A DNA stretch of 64,000 nt from the human T2T-CHM13v2.0 reference genome, Homo sapiens. The notes under the pieces are model-generated. The model saw only the letters and a list, made by a program, of their open reading frames with translations, was not told the origin of the DNA and did no database searches. The translations under genes were made by a program, and so were the position numbers. Below, in pieces: positions 52,277 through 64,000 of this stretch (its first letter is position 1; the number at the start of each line of letters is the position of its first letter). The stretch is taken from the NCBI RefSeq assembly GCF_009914755.1, contig NC_060947.1; one strand, written 5' to 3'.

Positions 52277-54929
52277 TGGCACTTGGAAAATGTTGTTCCA
52301 CTTCCTTTTGGCTTCCATGGTTTTTTGTGAGAAATTTGTTGTCATTTGAATTCCTGTTTCCTCTAGGCAATGCATTGTTTCTCTCTGGTTGCTTTTAAGA
52401 TTTTTTTCCTTTGTTTTTAGTTTTCAGATGTTTACTATTATTTTTCTTGGTATGAATGAATTTCTTTGAGTTTATTTATCTGGGTTTTATTCAGTTTCTC
52501 AAATCTATATGCTTAGATCTTGTGCCAAACTTGATAATTTTTCAGCAATTATTTCTTCAAATACCTTTTCAGTCCCATGTTCTTCGTTTCCTCCTTCTGG
52601 GATTCTGATGACATAAATTTAGATCTTTTTTTGGTGTTCTAAAAATCCCTGAGGCTCTGTTCTTTTTTTCCATCTATTTCTTTGTTGTTCAGATTGAGTA
52701 AATTTTCTTGCTCATTTATCAGGTTCACTGACTCTTCCTTTTGTCATCTCTACTATAAGCCCATCTAATGAATTTTTTATTTTGATTATTGTATTTTTAA
52801 GCTCTATAATTTCCATTTGGTATCTTTGAAATAACTTTTATTCCTTTGCTATGTTTTTTAAATTTTTAATTTGTTTAAAATAATTCATAATTATTTGTTG
52901 AAGCAATTTTATGGTGGATGCTGAAAAATCTTTGTCAGATATTTTGAAATCTAATTCATCTTGCCATTGGTACCAGTTGATTACCTTTCTTGTTCAAATT
53001 GTGATCTTCCTGGTTCTTAGTAAGGTGAGTAATTTTTTTATTGTATCTTGGACATTTTGGATCTTATTTAGGAGACTATTTAAATTTTCTCTTATAGCAG
53101 GCATTTGCACTGTTTAGGCTTAGCTTATGGGTTCTCTCCTACTTTTGTGACTTGTAGTTTCAATGATAACTTAGTTTTCTGAAACTTTGTGATAATATTC
53201 TGGTCTACTTCATTCATCTAATTCTACTTGAGCTTTCATTAGACACCTGCTGGTGCCACCTGCAGAAGTGGAAGGTGCTTCTCTGGGTCTCTTAGTATTA
53301 TTATATGGCGAGTAGGGCATTCCAAACCTACAAGTAGGAGCGCATTTCACCTAGCCTGTTCACTGGTCACTTGGCACCATTTCGCTTCCCACTCTTACTT
53401 ATTCAGGTGCCTCTGAAGGAGTGAAGAGCCTACCTGGCTGCCTTCTGCCACTGAGTAAAGGATCAGGAAGCACAGGGTCTGGGCAGTTCTCTGCCATTAA
53501 GTGGAGGGTTTGGAGACACTCACCTTGGGTCATTTTCTGCTACCAAATCAATGGCTGGAAACCATAGAAACTGCTGGCCCCACTGATGATACTGCTGGCT
53601 GGTGTAGGGTGTGGGTGGATTGTCCAACTCAGGACCCACTATTGCTCCTGCTATGAATACATTGGGTTTGCTGCTATTGTTGGGTGTGGGGCAGGAGATG
53701 GATTGAGCTCTAATGCTACAACCGTTGTGAATAGATTGGCCTGCCACTGCCATTGGGTATGGGTCTCTGTGCTAAGTCATTGCTAGATTTCTCTCTTCCT
53801 TGTAAAAGAAAAAAGAAAAAGAAAACCCAGGGAACTCACAGCAGTGTTGTTCTTCAAGTCCTGAGGTCTCTAGCCAGTCCATTTTTTTCTATCCAGCATT
53901 TAGAATGAATCCTTTTTATCATTTTCTGTTGATTTATTTCTAGGATATTTCATTATATTTAGAGGGTAAGAGCAGGAAAATTTGAGTCTATGTCATCTTG
54001 TCCCAGAACTGGAAGCCTGGAATGAGCTTTTTTTAAAAGCCAAAATTACTGCTCAGAATAGTAGTCTTTTCTGGGTGATGGATATACAAATGTTCATATT
54101 ACATTATTTTTATACATTCCTGTGAGTCTGAAATAGCAAAAAATGGCTGAATGTAAGGTTATGCCAGATATAAGATAATCTCCTGTTGCCATTACACTGT
54201 CTTTCCTATTTTGGTTTACTTTATCTATTTTGATTAACAAAATACTTGTTTGGTCAAGACACAGTAGCCAGGAATTATTTCAATCAATACTAGTTTTGGA
54301 GGATCATCTGACAGAATAGATTTAAAATTAATCAAATAAATTTAATGCATATTTCTCATTATACATAGGGGCATGACCTCACAGTTGCAACAGTTAGATG
54401 TTGATGTAAGCAAGTCATTTAAGAATTGCTTTAAAAAGTAATGCAGTAAGTGGATACCTTTGGAAATAGTAAACATAAACCCACAGGACAATTTTATTTT
54501 AAATTTTTCCTAATATTTTAAAATTTTCCTAATAAAATAAAATTTTATTAAAATAATTTAATTTAAAATATTCCTAAGAACTTGAAGCTTCAGATATTTC
54601 CAGTGACAGCATCATACACAGAATAAAGGATACTGTATCTCACCTTTGAGGAAAATGAAGATAATATGAACAGAACTGTGTTACATGGCTCAAACATATC
54701 CCTATAATTACTAAGAAGGTTATTGATGTCAAAGATGCATGATTAGTTTAAATACAATTGTTTAATAAGGGAAAAGGATATTTCCAAATTAATAATTTGT
54801 TTTATATAAAATACAGTTTTAAATATGTATATATAATTTTATTAGAAAATTAAATATTCTAAGTAGATCTTTCACTCTTCTATTTCTTTAGAAGTTTATG
54901 AATTCAAAATGACCAAAAACTGTTCTTAA

Positions 54930-57440
<2,511 letters not shown>

Positions 57441-57854
57441 TAATTTTATTTTATTTCCTTGCCTTTATTTTCCCTTGGCCTATTTTCTACATCTATTTAG
57501 ATAAATTATTATATCAAATGAGTTTATTCAAACTACCTCCACTCTCCCCTGGTTTGATGAGTAGTACAAACAAATAAATATAGAAAGATAAATAAATAAT
57601 ACATTATATTCCACCTACAGATTTTTGTGGTTGGTAAGGCATCAAATGTCCCTCACTTGAACCCCGTATTTTTGCTTATCAGAACCAGATCTTCAGATAA
57701 CCTTTCAAAAGTGATTCTGATTACCCTACCTCTTAGGTCCAGTCCTGCAGTTTGCTGTTGGCTGCAGAACCCCTACCATTTCATTCCCGTGATACAAATA
57801 TAACCACTGTGGCTTTTGATCTTACCATTTTGACTGTATAAAAAGAAAAAAATG

Positions 57855-58890
57855 ATCATTCTTTCAACAGACATTTGTTGGGTGATTTACTACATGTCAG
57901 GCATTATGGTAGGCACTGTACTTATACAGATGAATGAGATAGATTTCTACCTTTGATGCAACCCATGTCTAGTTAGAAAAAAAGGCAAATTAGCAAACAA
58001 TTCTACATGGCATCATAAGTATTATGACAAAACCATGGTGGTCTCTTAAGCATTGAGCAGCGCTACTTAGAAATAAAAAAAAGCAACCTTAGGTAAAAGC
58101 TACCAAACAAAACCTTGCAGGCCAGGTAAAATTTTTTTCCAGGTGAATAAAGAGGTGGAAGTACATGTCTGGTAAAGAGAACAACTGTACAAGGTAGAGT
58201 AAGAAATACTGTATCTGTTAGTAGCTGAAGAAGAGGCATAAGGAGTTCTAAGGAGAGGGTGAGAGATTAAATGAGAGAGGTGGGAAGAAATTAGATCCTG
58301 AAGGGTCTTGTGCACTCCGTTCTTGAGTGTGATTTTTTTTCCTGAAAGTATTATTGTGGGCAATCATTTAGCAATTGTAAGCAGAGGAATGACATCCTTA
58401 GGTTTGGGTCTTAGAAATATCACTCTAGATTGTAGGAACTTGCAGCTCGATACAGTAAATAATGAACATATGGGTTCTGGCAATGAGTAGAGGGGTTGGA
58501 GAAGATGGGGTGAATTCAAGAGATGTTTAGAAGGCAGATGTGACTGAGCTTGGCGACAGAGAGGCTGAAGGGTCTGAGAAAGAACAGAAGTCAAAGATGA
58601 CTCACAAGTCTGTGGATTTTATAATTGGATAGACAAGATGTTCTCACTATAAATAAAAAGAAGGAGCATATTTGTGGGAGGATATGGGAGTGATAAAGAA
58701 TCAGGGTTGGGACATGTTAAATTTGAGGAGCTTTTGGGTCTTCCAGATGAAGATGTGTAGTAATAGGCAGTCATGAAGATCTGAAAGTCACAAGAGAGCT
58801 GTTAGCTAAAGACATAGAATTGAAAGTAATAGTTAACATCAATGGCCAAAGTCATAAATGTTGATAAGCCTTCAAGGGAGAGCATAAAAA
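57855..58890 (-). mobile_element. L2 LINE fragment
   Basis: tcattctttcaacagacatttgttg...tactacatgtcaggca...gtcaaagatgactc...ggacatgttaaatttgagg. Confidence 0.85.
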
Positions 58891-59354
58891 AGACAGGAGA
58901 AGAAAGTTTTTGATACTGCTGGTTCTTTGAATATACATAAATTGTTAGCATCACCTCAATGATAGAGGTGATTTTTCTGTTTTCCACATATCATCATTCT
59001 CACAAAGACCCTAGAGTTCCCAAAATCACTGACAAATGAAGGTGATAGTACCTGGAATCATTGTTCCAAGGAAGACAAGACTTAAGACAGGCTTTCAATC
59101 TCTCTTGGAGTGTAGTGAGATTCCATTGTTATCCCATTTCTATTTACTGGTTGTATCAGGCCCCTCCTCATTCAAACTACCATATGGAAGAACATGCTTG
59201 GCATCAGCCCAGTTAACACATAACACAGGGGTTTTACCTATTTGTCAGTACTTTTCCACTTCATGAAAAAAAAACATAGATAACAGTAACCAGTGTGTTT
59301 TAGGTCCACTAAACAACAACAACAACAAAACTATACATTGGTTAAAAAAAAATT

Positions 59355-59460
59355 GGGTTAGACACAAGAAAAGCTTCCATGAGGATCTTGGCTAAGTGCA
59401 GGAATGGTTAACCCAAAGTGTCAGGGAATCTCCTTCCTAAAATGCTTCTAAGAATATAAC
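59355..59460 (+). mobile_element. L3/CR1 fragment
   Basis: ggttagacacaagaaaagcttcc...ggaatctccttcc...ttctaagaa. Confidence 0.55.
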
Positions 59461-59519
59461 ATTCATTCTATTGGAAAAATTTTAAGGTGGCTCAGTAAAA
59501 GCATAATTTTTTTTAGTAG

Positions 59520-60000
59520 CACTTCTATTGCCCTCAGGATGCAATACAAGATCTTAACAGGGCTTACATAGCCCATTATAATCTCTTCCCTGTCTAACTC
59601 TCACCTCCTGCTTCCATCCACCTCCAAACCTGTTGAATTTTTGCTCTCTGCAAAACCCCTTGCTCTTTCCTCTTTGGTCTTCTCTCTATTTGGAATCCTC
59701 TTCCTCCTGCATTATATTTCTCTTGCCTCTGATTCATCCTTCAAGTCTCACCTTAGATGCTACTTCCTGCAGGAAACCTTTCCTGATCTTCTAAATCATG
59801 GCTGTCCCTCCTATGTGCTCATATTTATTAAGTAAATCATTTAATAAATGTTTTTTTAAGGACCTACTATGTGTCAGGCACTGTGCTAAATTCTGAAAAA
59901 TATTAGAATCTAGAATCTACTGGAGAATCTAGAATCTAGAATCTACTGGAGAAGAGAGACAATAAACAAGTCAGCCAACAGTATTAATTAGTGCCAAAGG
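59520..60000. mobile_element. Two opposed L2 fragments (about 59520-59815 plus, 59835-60000 minus)
   Basis: ttcatccttcaagtctcaccttagatg...ggaaacctttcctga; acctactatgtgtcaggcactgtgcta. Confidence 0.75.
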
Positions 60001-60019
60001 TGAACAACTCTACTAAGGT

Positions 60020-60520
60020 ATCCACCAATAATATAGCATGAAGAACAAAGTGCTTTATTTCTATTTCATGTAAACAATTGGAGGTGAGTGTTCCAGGTCA
60101 ATGGGCATCCCAGCTTCAAGCGGTTGTGCAAGAATCCAGACCAAGAGTGGCTGTGCCATCTTCAATGCTTTGCTTCCAAAGTCACTGTAGTCCAGTGCTG
60201 TCTAGTAGAATATTGTATGATAATGGAAATGTTCTATGCATATCTGTGCCATCCAGTATGGTAATTACCAGCCACACGTGGCTATTGAACACTTGAATTG
60301 TGGCTACTATAATCAAGGACCTGAGTTTTAAATTTTAATTAATTAGAATTTAAATAGCTACACATGGCTAGCTAGTGGCTACCATATTGGGCAATGAAAC
60401 TCTCTTGCCACTCCAGCCAGTGGAATGGGAGAAAAAGTGGAATTCGAGACCCTGGGATTGCCCCTTAAGCAAGTGATGCCAAAGTTGCTTCCGTGGCTTC
60501 TGCTAACATTCTATTGGACC
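60020..60520 (-). mobile_element. Old MLT1 LTR interrupted by MER3 and truncated by the Kanga element
   Basis: gtggctgtgccatcttcaa...cttccaaagtcactg...ttctgctaacattctattgg. Confidence 0.6.
60193..60397 (+). mobile_element. MER3 hAT-Charlie MITE
   Basis: cagtgctgtctagtagaa...gataatggaaatgttcta...agccacacgtggctattgaacacttgaa...tagtggctaccatattgg. Confidence 0.92.
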
Positions 60521-60522
60521 TA

Positions 60523-61585
60523 CTGTGTTTCATTGCATTCAAGTTGACATCAGTTATAAGATGAACCATGGTTTTATATGCAACCAGAAAAGAAGAAAAA
60601 TGCTCCAATTAAACTGCTGTAATGCTTTTTAAATATTACATAATCCTTTTTATTTTATAAATATTAGAAGTTCTTTTTTGACGTACTAAGTACACATACA
60701 TGAAAAGGAAAATATAAATGAGATAAATTCCTAAAACTTTTTTCTATCTAGTCTAACTCTTCTGAGATGCTTTTAAGCTCAGAATTGTCAATGTCTGGCT
60801 TTCCACAGAAGATCTTTCTCTGTGTCCCAAAGAACATCAGTGATGTGGAATTTCTTAAAAGAGTGCTGTATTATTGTCTCCAGGATTTTCCTCCGAGATG
60901 ATGAACAGCCATTTGGCTAGTTTTGATTCTGGTGCTTTACCATTTGACCAAATTAATAGCGTTATTTTTTCCTCAGTTGAAACAAATGTTGCTAGAAGTT
61001 GAGCAGTTTATGATAAACATATGTTCACTGTCTCAACAATGGTCTTGCTTGACACATGAATTGGTCACATCAGCCTCTCATGGCTTTGAAATTTCCTCAG
61101 CTTGTGCTGAAGGATTTGGCAGTTTCTCTGCTTTCAATTGCATTGTTCAACATGAGATAAGGTGATCTTTTTGCTCATATGTTGGAAGCAAAATGTAACA
61201 CAGCTTCATCTACTTGTAGGTATCTTCCTTTCTTAGGTCTTATAAAGTGCTTGGTTGTTGCTTTGCAAGAAAATATGAAATTGCTGCCATTCCTCCAATG
61301 ATGAATATTTGCTTTGCTAATATCGAATTTATGCCCCATTGCTCTGTTTACATGCCTTTCTGTGTACATGATACCTTTTCATTTCAATGCTAAATCATAG
61401 TATAATCTTTCTGAAGACATTTTAAACAACAATTCAATTCAGTATATGTAGCACCAGCAATGCACAAATCTCAGTTGAAGTGATGACAACGTGAATAGCT
61501 ATGATCAACTTTGTATATACAAGGGCAATGACAACTCTTTCATGACTGCCATCTAGCCTACAGCAATTGTAAAATGCCATTGATT
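60523..61585 (-). mobile_element. Kanga-type TcMar-Tc2/pogo DNA transposon, internally deleted, with pseudogenised transposase
   Basis: TA plus TIR-like ctgtgtttcattg at the left end; minus-strand translation from 61420 MSSERLYYDLALK*KGIMYTERHVNRAMGHKFDIS...HWR...PKKGRY (Brinker-type DBD as in POGK), NFKAMRG*CDQFM (CENP-B-type HTH), IQHSFKKFHITDVLWDTEKDLLW (DDE C-terminus). Confidence 0.85.
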
Positions 61586-61811
61586 TGGGAGCAGAAGTCA
61601 GTGCCAGGACAAACCACAGCCAAAGCCAAGCCAGTTATGGGTGAGCTAAGGGGATTCTGGACTGTCGGGAAGAAGAAAAACCCACATATAGGCAGAAAGA
61701 GGCAAAAGTAAAAGCCTGTAATACCCAGAGTAGAGGAAGGAGGGAGTAAGGGGAAGAGAGAGGAAGGGAAGGATATTTGCTTTCTGAAGACTTCTCAGCT
61801 TTAGACCAGTT

Positions 61812-61873
61812 TTATATACACATATGTATAAACATACACATACACATACATATACATGCCTACATATTTGTAT
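61812..61873. repeat. (TA/CA)n microsatellite-like tract
   Basis: tatatacacatatgtataaacatacacatacacatacatatacatg. Confidence 0.8.
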
Positions 61874-63129
61874 GTTTTAATAAACCAATTCTTACTTGAG
61901 CTACTTCAATAGGGTTTCTGTGCTGGCAAACAAAGACTCAAACACTACCCTTTTAAGATCTGTTTCAGTTCAAGGACTGACCTTCAGAAAAAGTCTAAAG
62001 AAGCTCACCTGAACCACCACAAAGCAACTGCATCGGTTGGGTCAGTTTGAGGGATTCTAACTAAAGAAGAAACATGAATTTCATGCAGCTTAATATGAAC
62101 TGACACTCAAGCACATACCCTCTATAGGATTTCACCCATGACTAACAAGCCTTTTAATCATGGCAGAAGACACGGAGATTTTGCAAACATGCTTTTACAG
62201 TACCCACATTTGGTGTTCCTGACCCTGTTTTCTTGCCAGATTGTGAGAAGCACCTGCTCCTTTTCAAACAGTTGTCAGATCAATATTTAATCAATTGCCT
62301 TTTGATATTTGGTAGCGCTGAATGAATGGGATGCCAATATTTCTGCTCAGAGCTGTTCCTCTGGTGTACCTCATTCGTTTTCTGTGAAAGCCTTCAGGAA
62401 CCTGTGAACACTAAGTGGCATATCCTCCGAGTTCTGTGGCTCCTCCCTCTACTGCAGAAGGACTCTGTGGCTAGAGGAGGCGCAAGACGCTGGTGCCTGT
62501 GCTACTCTTATTAAAATGACGTCCAAACTGAGTCATGAAAGGAGGAGAGCAGAGCCGCATTTGGGACACTGGGGGAGCTTTGCCAGGTGAGGGCTATTTA
62601 ATAGACCAGACACATTAAAGAAAGGCGGTGATGTAGTGAAAGGAGCCTAATGAGCAGTAGTGAGGCTACCGTATCTAAAGAGAAAAAATAATGAGCTGCG
62701 AAATATCCCCCAAGGCGAGATTGCCAGCCTTCTGGAAGGAGGTCTCAGCCTACAGGTAAAAAGGCTCATGTGGTCCCTTATCCTTGTATGGTAAACAGAA
62801 GTTTTGTGGGCAATTAGGGACTGAGCTGAATGTGAGATTTGAAAACCGAGAACTATGTCTCCGACTCTTTGGAGATTTCCACACCCAAGACCCCAGCTTT
62901 AATTCCCAAAGGAAACAGGGAACATACTCAACCTGTGAATAGAAATGAGAAGCATCGTATCATCAAAAACAACCTTCCTGGTGTCTGTGCAACAGACGGA
63001 CATCTGGAAATCTCAGTTCTAGCAAGCTCAGGGACTAGCACTACAGAATCTTTATAAAACTGTCCTTAGGGGCCATGCCATAGGGCTGCCTTGAGGGCAA
63101 AACCACTTTTTAATGAGGTCCTCTTGGTC

Positions 63130-63233
63130 TTTCAGTAATGACTCCTCCTAGAATAAGATCCATGATCTTATATAAGATCATGGGTAAGGCATGCTCAACT
63201 TGGATCTTATTCTAGGAGGGGTCATTACTGAAA
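63130..63233. repeat. Inverted repeat: 33-bp arms, 38-nt spacer, nested 24-bp palindrome
   Basis: 63130-63162 pairs with 63201-63233 at 32/33 positions, checked base by base; ccatgatcttat|ataagatcatgg at 63160-63183. Confidence 0.97.
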
Positions 63234-63499
63234 TGCTAGGGCAGATTTTGGTACATCTAGGTAGGAAAAAATTATTAAACTCAAAGCTTTACTACATTAC
63301 TAATGCGGAAAAAAAAGATTTGGTTCCCACCATCAAGAAATGTACAAACCTATACCACATAGACAATAAACTATTAACAGAGCACCTTTTCAAGTTCACA
63401 TAGTGGAAAAGAGGATGGTACCCATGCTTCCCAGATGGGGTAAGAGACAGGAGAATAAAATACACATAAGAAAACTGTGAAAATAATACAGCTATATGA

Positions 63500-63640
63500 T
63501 GTAAATCCTTATCACTTATAAAGTGCCTTCTTTAGCATTTTCTAAATAGGTGCTTATAGCAACTTTATGACACAGACAGATTTGGTATTAGTCCCCCATC
63601 TCACATGCAGATAACTGAAGCTCAGAGGGGTAGAGTCAGA
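63500..63640 (-). mobile_element. MIR SINE
   Basis: tggtattagtccccatctcacatgcagataactgaagctcagagggg. Confidence 0.7.
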
Positions 63641-64000
63641 AGTTCCTAATTTTGTAGCCCCTGGGGAAGCACAAGGATGAGTAGAGTTCACATGCATGGT
63701 ACACTCCCATGGCCATATCCAAGTTTAGAAGAAATTCAAGTTTTTAGGGTAAACAAATAGCACTATATACTGCTTTCTGAGGGATGAGGCAGGGATAGGC
63801 ATTGTATTCATAAAAATTTTACAAACACATGAATAATAAAAACAATTATTAAAAAATACCAAAGTATTATCAGGAAAAAATCCAGAAAGATGTCCAATCA
63901 GTACTCACAAAATCACTGTATTAGTGTGAATTGATCAGGCAATCCATAGAGCCATTCGTGGACCAGTAATGATAGTGTATGTCCCATTAAAATTAATATG

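Noticed and set aside
54495-54580. AT-rich imperfect tandem and inverted repeats
   Set aside because: Low-complexity slippage; symmetry is expected by chance at this AT content
62593-62605. MEF2-like ctatttaatag
   Set aside because: Five A/T bases between CTA and TAG, so it does not fit CTA(A/T)4TAG; kept only as a TATA-like element

Overview
This is primate, almost certainly human, non-coding genomic DNA, dated by an AluY-like copy and an LTR12/ERV9 fragment. I can support no protein-coding exon, tRNA, rRNA, CRISPR array or CpG island. The window is intronic or intergenic and densely layered with transposon fossils: Alu/FLAM, many MIR, L2 and L3 fragments, MaLR and ERVL solo LTRs (MLT1, THE1, LTR16-like, LTR41-like), hAT and Tc2 MITEs (MER5, MER58, MER3, MER53, MER63, MER104), and an internally deleted Kanga/Tc2 transposase relic. 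A nested L1 cluster occupies about 42.4-57.4 kb. The ORFs with recognisable homology are decayed L1 ORF2 or Tc2 transposase pieces; the rest are repeat-derived or chance ORFs. I found no evidence of a new multi-gene system. The best leads are small structures. (1) A near-perfect 33-bp-stem hairpin with a nested 24-bp palindrome at 63130-63233. (2) An orphan insert of about 245 bp with poly(A) signal, A-rich tail and 17-bp TSD inside an old L1. (3) Two locally templated duplications. (4) A recursive-splice-site-like AG|GTAAG motif next to an enhancer-like motif cluster. Repeat family names come from my recall of consensus sequences, not from a database search, and boundaries of old repeats are approximate.
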